From assembly GCF_009914755.1 (NCBI RefSeq), contig NC_060947.1: 64,000 nt of DNA; one strand, given 5' to 3'. Every line of letters begins with the position of its first letter. Within the stretch, counting starts at the first letter, position 1. Positions 12,295 to 25,835 of this stretch are shown in pieces. The notes beneath the pieces were generated by a model. It saw nothing but the letters and a program-made list of their open reading frames with translations. It had not been told where the DNA came from and searched no databases. The stretch comes from the human T2T-CHM13v2.0 reference genome, Homo sapiens. Made by a program: the position numbers and the translations under genes.

Positions 12295-12689
12295 ATATAT
12301 ATATATCAAGGGGAGTTTATTAATTATTCACTTACATGATCACAAGGTCCCACAATAGGCTGTTTGCAAGCTGAAGAGCAAGGAGAGCCAGTCCAAGTTC
12401 CAAAACTGAAGAATTTGGAGTCTGATGTTCGAAGGCAGGAAGCATCCAGCATGAGAGAAAGATGTAGGCTGTAAGGCTAGGCCAGTCTCACCTTTCACAT
12501 TTTTCTACCTGCTTTATATTCACTGACAGCTGATTAGATTGTGCCCACTAGATTAAGGGTGGGTCTGCCTTCCCCAGCCCACTGACTCAAATGTTAAACT
12601 CCTTTGGCAACACTCTCACAAACGCACCCAGGACTAATATTTTCTATCCTTCAATCCAATCAAGTTGACACTCAGTATTAACCATCACA
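12295..12689 (-). mobile_element. Solo MLT2A LTR, missing its 3' terminus
   Basis: Reverse complement of the HERV-L LTR, ending ...caagttgacactcagtattaaccatcaca at 12689. Homology stops at the internal (TA)n at 12295-12306. Confidence 0.9.
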
Positions 12690-15034
12690 CCGTATAAACA
12701 GATTCATGTTAGGCAAAGGGGGCAGGTGGCAGTGGCTATTACGATGAAAATTCTTGAGGTAAGGTGGGCTTTTTGCCAGCTATTCTCAAATTGCATCACA
12801 TAGATGATCACACTTACATCACCCACTGTCCCTTGCAGCCCTACATGGTAATCAGGATGCCCCACTCTCTTTTGGAGAGCTATTAATTTTATGACTAACA
12901 ATTAGCCAACCTGTTTGGGAAAAGAGTCTTTTGTGACTATTCTTCAATTGAATTCATTTAGCATATGCTCAAGATCATCTTTCAAAATAAGTTTGCCCCA
13001 ATGAAAAGTACAGAACAGGAGAAAACAGGGAGGAAAATATTTATCCCGTTTACCTTTAAGGATAAACAGAAACACCACCCCAAAAAATATACATTGTAGA
13101 GACCTAAGTATTTGTTATAGTGACATAGATTTATATTTCATTTATATATTTATATCTCATTTATTCTGAACTACCCCACAGAATCAGTAAAGTTATTTGC
13201 TATTTACAGAGAAGAAAATAGAGTCCAAGCTGTTAATTTATTTCCAAGACTTCACCCACATCTACTTGTCTGCACAGCCGTGTTTCCAATCTGTATGTTT
13301 TGCTTAAAAATTTTTGCTCTACCAGCTATACTATACTGCTTCAATAAGGGGTAGCAGAATATCTTTAAGGTGGATGAATATATAATTAAAAGGAAAAAAT
13401 GGATTTTAACTTTCAAGGAAAAATTTTCTCTTTCCTCAGGATTCCTCAAAAATGAGACACGAGCCATCACTAGTATATCCTGGCACAATTTGCCTATTGG
13501 TGGGCTCTAAACTTGTCAAATCTCCTCCACAAAACACATTTACCATGACCAATTCTTTAATGATTCCACTCTGAATGTCAAGGATTTGGGACAGTGAAGT
13601 AAGTCAGACTTTGCTCTAATACAATGAGAGAACAATACAGAACTCAGCATAAAAGGGACTGTTTCAGACCCATCTAGAAGAATTTGGTTGCTGAAGTAGC
13701 ACAAAGATCTTACTGGGAGGTTATCTGTCCTATAAGAATGGCATAGCCCCAAGGACTAGATTTGAGTGAGACTCTGGAGGATATCTCAATTTCATTAAAA
13801 ATATGTTTTATAGTCTTATAACTTTCCAACGTTCAAAAACAAAAATTCATTTCTAGCTGAAACTTGATGTCATTCTTTTCTGGCTGGAAAGTGAAGATTT
13901 GGGGAATGGGTGAAAGAAATTTATTAAGTTGTTAAAAATATATGATCCAGGTCTTGTCTAGTTTTCACCTCCCGTGCTCATAAACACAGTTGCTCTCTTC
14001 CATGCTTCATTTCTGTCAATCACTGTGACAGGAATAGTGGAATTCCCTTCCTCTGCCTGCCCAAACAATAGCAAAATCGACAAATATTTTGAAGCAGAAC
14101 CCCAGCATTTTAGTGAAGGTGAATTATTTTCCATTTGCAATATACCTTGAGACCTGTTCTCAGGTTGAGGGGCATGGCGACTGCAATGGTATTTCTTAGC
14201 AGGGTTAGCAGTGTGGAATGCATGAGGGTGGGCATTAGTCTGAGCCAGTGGGGAAGGTGAAAGAGCAAAGACCTTATGTAGTATGCTTGATGAAAATGCC
14301 TCTAGCAGATGTGCTTAACTCTTCCTTCCAGATGAGAATTCGGAAAACAATTTAAGAAGGAACTTGACAGAAATGTTGACATTTGGGGCATAGATGTTCA
14401 AAAACAAAATGAATCGAAAGTGAGCCAACTTAAGATCTAGCAGGGATGGCTTTACTATCCACCATTATTCACTAAGTACTCTTGTAGTAGTTGGTTTGCA
14501 TTTGGGGAGGGCAAAATGTAAGAAACTATTGTTACTTATAAATATAAGCCTTGCTGAAAAGACTCCATGACACAGAATGAGCAAACAAATGAGAAGATGG
14601 AGTCTGGAAGAACGGTATTTGTACACCCTCAGAATGTCTGCTCACTGTAGGAGAACTACCCTGGACAGTGATCTGCCATAGAATGCTGCCCTGTTCTGAT
14701 CAGGGTGTACAAGCAATGTCTTATTGGCTTGTAGTTCTCAACCCATTGTTGCATAAGAGCCTAATCAAAGAAGACAGCTGTAGATTCAACAATTTATATA
14801 ATAATTTAAGAAATACCAAAAAAGTTCTGTTTTTCATATATATATAACTTTCTCCCTGATCTCATGACCAACATTCCCACCAGATTTCCTCAGAACCTAC
14901 ATAATATATGACAAAAAAAAAAAAATAGAGGCCAAGGAAAGACTCACCAAGCACACAAGTTTAACCGTATATAGATACACCTAGAAGTCAGTTAAGGCCC
15001 TGCAAATAACCAAGTGCAATGCAAGCCACAATGC

Positions 15035-15250
15035 ATATTGTTTAAAAGCTGGAATCAAGTTGCTCAGGTTCAAATCTTGGCTTTGCCACTTATTAGTTAT
15101 GTGAGTTTGGACAAATTACTTTACCTCTCTGTGCTTTATTTTTCTCACCTGTAAAGCTTTATAGAGTTATGAGGATGAAATAAATAAATAGTTGTAAAGT
15201 GGTTGCAACAATTCCTGACATACAGCAAGTGCTATATGCATTTTCTAGTA
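15035..15250 (+). mobile_element. MIR
   Basis: ggttcaaatcttggctttgccacttattagttatgtgagtttggacaaattactttacctctctgtg. Confidence 0.8.
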
Positions 15251-15562
15251 TTCTAAACTACAATCTAAATCTATACAGTATTCCTGCAGTAAGGTACACA
15301 AAAAGGAGAGTGTGAGTAAATAAACCTATACTTTAATGTAGGTTATTGTCATAATTCACATTAAAACAAACAAAAATGGCAGGCCAGCCCCATTATCAAG
15401 CTGGTCTTCTTCATCTCAGGAAATATTCTTTATCTTCCCCTCTTCTCTGTTCACCATCTTTCCTTCTAGTAACTTAAAATATTTAACTGAATATGCATTA
15501 CTTAAACAAAATGAAAAATGACCATTCAGCCTCTAGCAAGCGTACAAACCCTCAGGACCTGA

Positions 15563-15865
<303 letters not shown>

Positions 15866-17224
15866 GAATGTTTTCCTAAATACCTACTAGCCTCAGCCCT
15901 CAGTGATCTCTACTTTTCCCCAATTTACACAACAATATATTTTGTAGCACATTCCTAGCACTCACAATTGGAAAAATTATCTCATGATTTTGACTTTGAG
16001 ACTTGTTTTTTCCCCAAGAAGATTATAAGGTTTTTTTAAGGTCTGTGAATAGAGTTCTATTTTGTTTTACCTTCTGTAACATCTAGCAGAGGGACAGGCA
16101 TGATATAATAGCTCCACAATGCTTGCTTAATGACTGACTGATTGAGGACTGATTAATTTTTCCACAATTCACGCAACAAACAATCTGACCTTAGGCTACT
16201 TCATCTTATTTGAGGCCAAGAAATGAAGTTCAGGGGTAAAATATTAGTATAGTCTCACCATTCCAGAAAAATGTCACCAGTCAACACTCTGAAGCTGTTT
16301 TCTTTCCTTCTTTTCACAACCAAACTACTCAATTATTGAAATGTCATATCTCAAAGAACTATACCATTTCCTTTACCAAAATATTGGTATTAAGATTTTG
16401 GCAGAAGCACATTACAAACCATAAAGATACTGTGGTTTTCGATATCATTTTGTACACAGGAAAACACTGGAATTTTGGTCAAGCTAGGAAATCTAGAAAA
16501 GCTAATAGTATTGTGAATAAAAACAAAGCAGAGGACACCTCCTTGCTTCAAGCAGATAACCAAATATAAATCAGTTTCTTCTGTTCCTATTCTTTCCCGG
16601 CACCTTGTCAACTGCTCAATTGCTTAGCTTGGTTGATTCCTCCTTTGCATCATCATTTCTGTTCAAGGGCCACAGTAGCATAAAAAACAGCCAGAGATAG
16701 ACTTGGGCAGCTGACAGCAAAGTAAAATGTAACAATGGGGTTTCTTTGCAAACAGCATGCCCTACATTGTAAATAAATGGCACCGTCATATTGGGTGGCA
16801 ATAGTTAAGGCTGTTAACTGCATGCATCTGAAAAATACCTAATGTGAATAAATCACATTGTAGATATCTCCATTCACACTGCTCCAAACTGTTGGCAATT
16901 TTCAAATGCTTTCTTTTTATTTATTGAAGAGATCAGCAAATAGGTTGTTTTTGTAATTTCCCTTTGTTTTCTTTTTAATTTTTGGAATTAAAGTTGAACA
17001 ACTCTAACAATCTAGAGCGAAAGAGACTTACAAAGAGAAGATCTAATTTGTACAGATTACATCAAAAGCAAATTAGAGGTGTTGTTGACCTTTTAGTTTG
17101 TGACACAATGATATCTTCTTATCTTTCCCCCATTGTCAGACTGGCTTTTGCTTAGGATTTCCAAGAGAATTGTGCAAAAAATATCATAAAACATATACTA
17201 AAATAACAAAATGTCATGTGCAAT

Positions 17225-17700
17225 CATTTATCTATTCAGCAAATGCAAATGTTTATCAAGGATATACTATCTGGTAAGTACTATTAAAAAGAAAATGATG
17301 AACAAGAAAGACATAGCCCTTACTTTAAGAGAGATCAAAGTTCAGTAAGAGACAAAGACTCAACAGACATTTACTATACAGTTTTGTGGGTGTTTTGATG
17401 GGGAAAAAATGCAGAGTGCCCTGAGATCACACAGAAAGGACATTCAATTCCTGATCTATATGAGGAGTGGGCAAAGACCAAGAACCCCTTCACAGAAAAA
17501 ATAACACTTTAAGAACTGAAGCCTAAGTAGAAATTAACCAAGTTAGTGTAAGAGTAGGGTCTAGGGAGAATGTTCAAGAAAGAAAGAATAGAATGTAAAA
17601 AGTGTCAAAGATGACAGAGAATAATCCATTCAGGAATCTGAAATATGGTCAATACATATGTAACAAAGAAGGCTTGGGAAGCTGTGAGAGATAAGAGGTA
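17225..17700 (-). mobile_element. L2 fragment
   Basis: tcatttatctattcagcaaat...tttatcaagg..tactat, the antisense L2 3' end, followed by degraded body. Confidence 0.6.
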
Positions 17701-17707
17701 ACCATTC

Positions 17708-17786
17708 TGAACCCGGGAGAAGGAGGTTGCAGTGAGCGGAGATCGCACCACTGCACTCCAGCTTGGGCGACAGAGCGAGACTCTGT

Positions 17787-17815
<29 letters not shown>
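17708..17815 (+). mobile_element. Heavily 5'-truncated Alu (last ~80 nt plus poly-A)
   Basis: tgaacccgggaga...ctccagcttgggcgacagagcgagactctgtc followed by ~A29. TSD AAGA(G/A)GTAACCATTC at 17693-17707 and 17816-17830. Confidence 0.93.
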
Positions 17816-17819
<4 letters not shown>

Positions 17820-18849
17820 AGTAACCATTCAACTCTTGAATCCTACTATGTCTAGCTTGTTTTCAGTGTTTGAGGGCTTTAGTACCAATTCTATCAATTC
17901 TATTCATTGTCTTATAATATCAGTATTTGAGCCACAAAAATCTTGTACACCTTCAACAATTTGCCTAGATTTTTTTTTTATTTCCTATGTTTCAGAATTC
18001 CTTCATGTAAAGGACAAAATCTCAAATGCACTACCTAGGAATACCTCTGACAGCTTGATTAATTGAAAGAAGAGAGATTCTCAGTATATAACACACTTAG
18101 GATTCTCTCCCTAATTTTCTGTTTCTGGTGTTAAATAGGCACCCCCTTTTCTAGGGGTTAGGCATCAAGGATGACTTCATATTTCAAGGGAGACCTTGCC
18201 ATAAACCACATAGATACGTAGCTTTATTCTGGTAGGCACATCAGCATAAGTAACATTCAATCTAATCCAATGGACCAAAAAGGAGTTATATTCAAACAGC
18301 AACAAAGAAGTCATTACCCCACAACTGGAATTTGATTAAGCTATTAAGGTGAATAAGAATAATGGACAGAAGACATACAAATTGCCTCTGCTAATGGAAT
18401 TACAGGAAATAAAAGACTAACTTTTCCAGCCTTCAGCTCTTATAAATACGAATGTCTAATATCCCTGAATAGATATGTATTTATCTTAAAAGTTTTAGGA
18501 ATATTTATTCTTCTCATGAACAAAAATGTTCAGAGAAGATTTACACGTCGATAAGATGAAAATGTCATTAGAATAACTGAGCAACTGTGATGTGCAAGAC
18601 TCTTTTTAAGAGAAGGTAAAACAGGTCTTGGCGTCTGTAAGTTTCCACTCCAATAATATTGACTATGGCCATATTCACCATCAATTTTTCTTGGATTCTT
18701 TTAGTTTTCAATTATAGTATAACTATGGAAGAAAAAAAGGAGTGATGTGTTTAGTAGGAGAAATGGGAAGATTGCTTTCCATTGTGCAAATTGTGTTTCA
18801 CATAAATATTAGCATGCCAGGAGAAGTTTAACAGGTGTTAGAATTTAAA

Positions 18850-18990
18850 ATAAAGAAAACCTGAGTTTAACAAGCTTGAACAAATTTTCTTTTTACAGGA
18901 ATTTTCAGAGCCTTTTATTTACTATGTGCTCTATGAATCTCCAAGAAAAGGATATCATATGCAACCTTTCCCAAGGGTGTTTGCCCTTGT
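18850..18990. mobile_element. hAT-Charlie MER fragment (MER103C-like)
   Basis: acaggaattttcagagcctttt..tgtgctctatgaatctccaagaaaaggatat resembles the recalled consensus. Confidence 0.45.
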
Positions 18991-19259
18991 TTTTATGAAA
19001 CTCCTCCCACAGAGTCTAGAAAACACTGCAATAAAATGTTAGAAGCTATTTATTTTCAGAAACTTTGGGTATCACCATGAGTTTAAAAATAACACAAAGT
19101 GTCATGTGTTGTAAGTGTTCTTTAATATAAATAAATATCATAATTCTAGTATCTCACCTCAGTAATGACATTTTTCCTTGAGGCCTTTGGAGAAAATTAA
19201 TCTTTTGAATCTCTCAGGTTCCATAGCTTTCTTTACCTGTGCCACAGTTTAGTATACAC

Positions 19260-19450
19260 AGCATGCTGTGGTGGAGAAATCACTGGCAGTGATTGTGGAA
19301 TGCCAGAATTTTAGTCCTAGCTAGGGAATCATAGAAAGTAGCATTATCCCTGGGCTTTAATTTTTCATCTGTGAAATAAGGAAAATAATACTAGCTCAAA
19401 TAAATTGACTTATATGTGAACTGTAAAATGCTATGTAATTATGTTATTAG
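19260..19450 (+). mobile_element. MIR/MIR3 fragment
   Basis: ccctgggctttaatttttcatctgtgaaataaggaaaataata. Confidence 0.55.
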
Positions 19451-20609
19451 TATAAGTATGAAAATGAGAGAGAACATTCTAGGAAGAAAACTGTATTCAC
19501 AACTTGGGTCGATAAAATTCTGCTCACAAACAAATTGTTTAAAATATTTGTCAATACCAAATCTCAGCAATATGTATTTCAAATATTTGAGGTAGAAGAA
19601 TTATACCCAGAGGAGTTATTACAGAATATTAATATTTTTGTATGCCTTACAATGTCTTCGTACATAAGATTTCCTCTCTCCCTTCCTCCTCTGCCATGCC
19701 CAATCAATCTGCTGGAAATGAGAGCATTTAAGTAGTTCACTTTGCTCTTTACTTTGCTGGCTGCACAGATGAGAAGTAGTATATTTCAAAGCCAACCTAG
19801 TGTTTCATTTCAGCAATTTGCAAAATCCTGCACCTACAGCAATTCCTTGCATATACTTACCTTGAGAGAGTTATACATAGCAAGTCAGTTATCCAAAAAT
19901 TCTCTTTCGGGAACACAGCAAGTAAAATTTGATTTTTAGAAACTGAGACCCAGTCATGATGGAAGTTTCTCAAGGTGACCCAGCATACTAGACAAGGGAA
20001 CAAAACTCGAAACTCTAATTTCCTATTCTGACTCCCTCTGATTGTCCAGGCACCCTCCTTAACACAATCAGATTTTACCTATAACAATACCGGTTAATAT
20101 CTCCTGGTGCTAAAATGGAATTGTAGGCTTGAAAATGGAAATTGCTTACTTAATTCACTCTAAATCGATGTCTCTGTTGATAATGCATCTGCCAATGTAA
20201 GTATCAGGGATCCAGCTGGGTACTGGTGCATAGCTCCTCAGCCATTGTCTCAGGATGTCCTTGTGACATTAGGGAGAAGATCAGATTTTAAATCAGGCTT
20301 CAGCTGTGCTGCCCTTTCTTCAGCACACATTAAAAGGAATTAGAGTGACCTCCCTGTAAGAGACAAAATGGTAAAAGCATTCTCAAAAGAGATTATTGAG
20401 AGGTTCAGGGACTAGTTTAAAGAATAAATTTGAACGACAACTTATAATGGACCCACAGGACCTTTAGATATTCTGTATGGGCTTTGACAAAGGTCTTAAA
20501 ATGTATGGATGTTGCGTATATGTTTGGGTATGTGTGTTTGCTGAGATGAAAAATATACTGCATGAGAATGTTCTGATTTATAAATCACTGAAATGAATTA
20601 CGGGTTATG

Positions 20610-20762
20610 TGCAATTAGACTATGGGAGGACTCTGTGAGGAAAGGAGGCACATCTTAGACATCTCTGAATTGCTATGACTCAGCATGGTACCTGGAACAT
20701 AGTATGTATTTGGTAAATGCTCATTGGATGAATGAATGAATGAATGCCAAATAAATGAATGA
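20610..20762 (+). mobile_element. L2 3' end
   Basis: cagcatggtacctggaacatagtatgtatttggtaaatgc followed by a (tgaa)n tail. Confidence 0.75.
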
Positions 20763-21049
20763 CAAAATGCATCTGTATTCATAGACACGATTTTCTTGGC
20801 AATTGTCCACAAGTTCCATACCTTGGCTTCTGAGTTATATTAAGATAATATATTCTCATCATGCTCTGTCACAGTAGTACACATATGAGTCCTCTACATA
20901 TGAGTAGAGAAAGAAGTCAGACATCACTCAACTTAGGATAATTTGATTCACAGGTTTGCATGTGCAAATACAGTAAATTGCTACTCATCCAAGGTAAGTG
21001 AGTAACAAGATATTCAAATCAAGTGAATAATCACTTCAGGAAAGGTTGG

Positions 21050-21240
21050 AAAGCATATTTAACCACTTCTGTACACCGGCTATATTCTATATATTATGGT
21101 TGCATCTCGTTTATTTAATCTAATCTTAATCTTTTTAACAACAGAGTGAGGTAGGAATTATTTTCCTCATTTATTTTTAGAAAACTGAGGCTTAAACATG
21201 CTAAATAATTTGTCCAAGGCCACAGAGTATGCAGTAAACC
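21050..21240 (-). mobile_element. MIR
   Basis: gtgaggtaggaattattttcctcatt...gaaaactgaggctt...tttgtccaaggccacag. Confidence 0.7.
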
Positions 21241-21318
21241 AGAGATAGTTTATATATATATAATGCCATCATTCATAATTTTTTCTCATCTCTTGACTCT
21301 AGCCACCACCACCTCCTA

Positions 21319-21356
21319 ACACACACACACACACACATACACACACACACACACAC
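21319..21356. repeat. (CA)n microsatellite
   Basis: About 18 units with one TA interruption. Confidence 0.95.
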
Positions 21357-21819
21357 CATTGTTAATAAAGCATCCAAACTTCTTCACAATTTGTGATCTT
21401 TCCCCTAGTCTTTCCATTTTTTATATATACTCGGCTCTGGCCACAACAAATTATATGTCCTTTTTCTGAGACGTGTCTTCTCTTTGGATATACCTTTCTG
21501 ACTGTTTGTTCATGATATTTTCCCTGAATGGAACTCCCTTATCCTATTCTTTGCTTAGCATTATTACTGGTATTATCACATTATCGGTTCTACTGGAGGT
21601 GTCACCACCACCCAGTGCTCTGAAATCTCTCTGTTCAAGCTGATACATGGCCCTTATCATATTGTAATAAATATAATATATTACATAACATTATACATGG
21701 GATAAGATATACACTGCTAAGCCAGAAAAAACTAGAAAAAAGCACTTAGTATCTTTCAGTGTTTCAGAGTCACAGGTAAAACAAAAACTGCTATTCTGGG
21801 CACAGTAATATTGTTCTTA

Positions 21820-22040
21820 AGATCTGATGTTCCACAGCCATAAAGACTTGAGTTTAATATTTCGCCTACACTAATTACTAGGGCAGATCTTGAGAAATTC
21901 ACGCCAATTCATCATTTCTTCGTTCTGCAAAATTGGAATACAATAATAGTTCCACTCCAAAGGGCTGCTGTGAACATTCAAGTAGACCTTATAAAGTGCC
22001 TGGCACATAATGGACACCCAATTGATATCAGCTATTATAA
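21820..22040 (+). mobile_element. MIR
   Basis: ttctgcaaaattggaata...agggctgctgtgaacattcaa...taaagtgcctggcacataat. Confidence 0.65.
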
Positions 22041-22637
22041 TTCTTAAGCTCTAGATGTTTACAGTTACTGATTCATTTAGATGCTATGCTATCAAATATC
22101 TGACTAATGAAAGTTTACATTAAGATTCCATTATGCTGAAAATAAATATAGGCCAAGGGCAAATTCTATCTCTTTTGAGTATAAGCTAAATTTGTATCCA
22201 TATGCAAAGGCCTATGAGCGGTCACCAGGAGCTGTGGGAGTTTAGACAAATTCCTATCAGGAATGTGGACTCCTCATAGTAGGCATCAATTCTGATCAGA
22301 ATACTTTTGGACTGAATACCAGCCAGATCACCTTCAGAACTAAGCATTGGTCTGTAGTCTAGACCTGTTAGATAGCTGAGCCTAACAGGGCTGGCAGCTG
22401 CAAGACCTGACATACAGCTTTGGCCAAACAGGAAATGAGAAAGCAATTTTATAAGCTGCTTCAATAAATTCATGGCGGAGAAATCTTAAACTGAGCCAGC
22501 TTAGTTGAGAACTTAGCAGAGAGAGTAACCTGGACTGTCAGATTAATCAGTTAGTGAGCTATCTCTGGTTATAAACAAAAGCCAATTCATTTTTAAAGTA
22601 ATCAGCTGATCAGCAAATTTAAAAATCATAATAGCTT

Positions 22638-22836
22638 TGTGGGGTCGGGGGAGGGGGGAGGGATAGCTTTAGGAGATATACCTAATGCTAAATGACGAGT
22701 TAATGGGTGCAGCACACCAGCATGGCACATGTATGCATATGTAACTAACCTGCACATTGTGCACATGTACCCTAAAACTTAAAGTATAATAATAATAAAA
22801 TAAAAAAAGAAAAAGATAAACACCACAGGAAAAAAA
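22638..22836 (+). mobile_element. Short 5'-truncated young L1 (L1PA3-like 3' UTR) with a two-part tail
   Basis: ggggaggggggagggatagctttaggagatatacctaatgctaaatgacgagttaatggg...cttaaagtataat. TSD CATAATAGCTT at 22627-22637 and 22837-22847. Confidence 0.93.
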
Positions 22837-23034
22837 CATAATAGCTTAAATTACATTTTTAATGAATTTTAAAAATATTTTAACAAAAATATTAGAAGTA
22901 CTTTTATTTCTTCTTTGAATGCTCATCTGGGAATCTTTTATTGTTTCACACCCTGAAGCCTCTCATGCCCTGTGCTGCCAATTGCTTCCAGCCACTAGAG
23001 TTAGAAGCCATTGGAATCTTTGCACGGTACTTTT

Positions 23035-23101
23035 TTAAAAAATTAATTTTAACTTCCAAGATACATGTGCAGGACGTGCAGTTTTGTTACATAGGTAAAC
23101 A
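23035..23101 (-). mobile_element. Tiny L1PA 3' tip (~65 bp) with TSD
   Basis: gatacatgtgcaggacgtgcagttttgttacataggtaaac, flanked by TTGCAC(G/A)GTACTTTT at 23020-23034 and 23102-23116. Confidence 0.85.
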
Positions 23102-23309
23102 TTGCACAGTACTTTTAAAAGGTTTACTAATTCCAGTATTCAATCCATAAGAACTACACAAACACATCAGTACTTATTGGTTGTTCACATGGTCAGGCAT
23201 ATTCTGTTTGGGTGATGTGATGGAGATTATGTACACAATGGGCAGTGTTTTCTACAGAAGTAGATATGGATGGGTTAATTTATTGAGGTGGATCTTTGAT
23301 TAGTAATGT

Positions 23310-23520
23310 GACTTTTAGAGCATTTAGTACAGGTCATGCTGTTTACTAAGCACATTTCATGCATCATCTTATTTAGTCTTCATGCAGATCTATGGGGTAG
23401 GTACTTTTTTGTCTCAATTTAATAGATCAGAAAACGGAGGCTCAGAGATGTAGGTAATTTGGTCTAAATCACTCAGCTAGTAAGTAAAACAGTAGAGATT
23501 TAATCTCTACTTCTTGAACA
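23310..23520 (-). mobile_element. MIR
   Basis: tactaagcacatttcatgcatcatctt...agaaaacggaggctcagaga...actcagctagtaagt. Confidence 0.75.
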
Positions 23521-24589
23521 CATTTTTAAAAATTAAAGAGTTTCAGGTTTTAGCTATGATTCAAGCTTTTCTTGGCGCTTAGACAAGTATAATTAACCAG
23601 TCTTCAGGTAAATAATTATGTACAAAGGCTTGAATAGGTAGGTAGATAGATACTATCACAGGAAGATTTTAGAAAATAAAAGACAAATGCACTTTCAGAG
23701 ACTGCAATGGAGGGAGTTGGATTGGCTATACACACATATATATATATATGAAAAAATTCTGAAAAATTGTCAAATAAGCAATTTTACATTAGTCTTTTTA
23801 GGGTGAAAAAGAATAGCATCTTTTTCCCGTTATTTTTTATGTTCACAATGGTCACGACATATTTTCAGTCATCAACATAGCAAACAGAAATACATTCGTT
23901 TTTGTTACAGAGTCTAGATTGGGGACCAGGAACACAGAGAATGGCCCTATTATTTTTGGTAAATACATCCCAGGCAAGCCATATAGACTGTAAATCTTCA
24001 TTCTGATCCTGCACGCGTCCTAATGAAAATGAGCTGGCAAAGTAACACTTCTGTGTGCTTTCAAGTTTTAATACGTATGTTGTAGTATCTACAATTGCTT
24101 CAGGTCTCCTTGTCCTTTCACAAGCTTATGTGGTGACCATATTAAGAAGCCAGTTTATTTTCAGCAAAAATGTTCTGTTTTGAAACACACACACACACAC
24201 ACACAAAGTGGAAACAGAAAAGTGGTCGTTGGAAAAAAATGCTCAGCAAGGCTGTCAAAAGTAATTGATGTGCCTGGTAAGTAGAGAATTATAATACTAC
24301 CTTTACTATGTGAACTCAAATCATGAAGATGTTCTATGACTGTTCAGTGTTTCCATAAATTCAGAGGGTGTTGTTAGTTCTATTTTGGTCTTCTATTGAC
24401 GGTTCCACTTTGACATTGCTCCTCCCTGTACTTCTCCTTTCCTCTTCACCCATCTATTCCTCTGCCATCTCCTCATTCATTCTTTCTGTTTCCCCTCTAT
24501 GTCTCTCCGTTCTCTATTTCTCTCTCTCCCTCCCTCCTCCTTTTCTCTTCATTCTCTACCTTCTTCTAGAATAGTAAGCCACCATTAAA

Positions 24590-24755
24590 ATTTTTCATTT
24601 ATGTGATTAAGCTAATTTTGTTTCTTCCACTACACTGTAAACTCCAAGAGGGGGCTATGACTATGTATACTTTGTTTACTACTCTATTATGAGAACTTAT
24701 CTCAGCTTCTGGCACGAAGATACTCAATGAATATTTGCTGAATGGATTGATTAAA
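24590..24755 (+). mobile_element. L2 3' end
   Basis: ctgtaaactccaagaggggg...ctggcacgaagatactcaatgaatatttgctgaatg. Confidence 0.7.
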
Positions 24756-25589
24756 TAATGCCCCAGTTAGCAGTTTTAGACATGTTTTTATGCCCCCTCT
24801 TCAATCCTGATCTTTACACTGAGGTTCAGTTGCGTAAACATTAAGCTGGCTTAGGAAACACAAACATAAGTAAATACAGGGAAAGTAGTAAAAATGAGTG
24901 ACGTGACCCTGGAGTAAAACCAACAGAGAATAGTTGGGACTGTGGAAAAATAGAGAGTATATGCAGTGTTAAAAGGCATTTAAATAGAAAAAAATACCAC
25001 ATTAGCCAAATGAAACGTGGTCAGTGGGTTGACAGTTTGTGACCACTCTTCTGGCTCAAACAAAACTGCTGTCACTCAATACTGGAAACTAGCCACCATC
25101 TCGTGAATCAACCATGGCATGTAAATACTTGTTTATCCGAGGGGAACTGTTTGTTTCAAGGAGTTCATAGATGTATCTGCCAAAGGGTATTCATTCATAC
25201 CATCACCAGAGAATTAATTTAGGTAAACATCTTTGAGAGAGTTCCAATAGTAAGAGAGAATAAAATTGAACAAAGCAGCAACACAGTGTCTGCCATAAGT
25301 TTATCAATTTACTTCCCTTAGGAAACGTTCCTCTGGATGTTAAATGATCTATGAAATTGATTGACTCAAAAGCAAATAAACCCAAAACAAACAAAAATAG
25401 GAGAAAACCTTTAAAAAATCTGCAATGCATAATTGTGTATTTTAAATTACATTTAATAGTATATGTATAAAACTGAAAAATTAATGGCAAAGAGTGACAA
25501 AAGGGGGACAAAATAAAATCAGGGAAGACTTTCTGGAGATGAGTAACATATTCACCAGATTTTAAAATGTGATAGTAGGAAAGGATTTA

Positions 25590-25835
25590 AAATACCTAAT
25601 TATATTGAGGGGTTCTTTCATGCCAAGAGCTGTTGTAAACATGCTATGTTATAATGCATTTACTCCTCTCGACAACCCTGCCAAGTTGGTATTATTATTA
25701 TTACTTTACTGATGAGGAAATGGAAACATAGTGACTTTGTTGAATTCCCCCAATATCCTATAGCTAGTAAACAACAGAGTTGGGACTCAAAACCAGGTTT
25801 TACTCATTCAAAGGCCTAAAGCTATTTCATGTACT
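25590..25835 (-). mobile_element. MIR
   Basis: acaaccctgccaagttggtattattatt...tgatgaggaaatgga...agagttgggactcaaaaccagg. Confidence 0.7.

Noticed and set aside
20954-20999. Possible 40-nt exon ending at a strong donor AAG|GTAAGT
   Set aside because: The upstream acceptor lacks a pyrimidine tract, and such donors occur by chance at this scale.
23491-23511. Palindrome AGTAGAGATT-T-AATCTCTACT
   Set aside because: Only 10-bp arms inside a MIR; too short to interpret.
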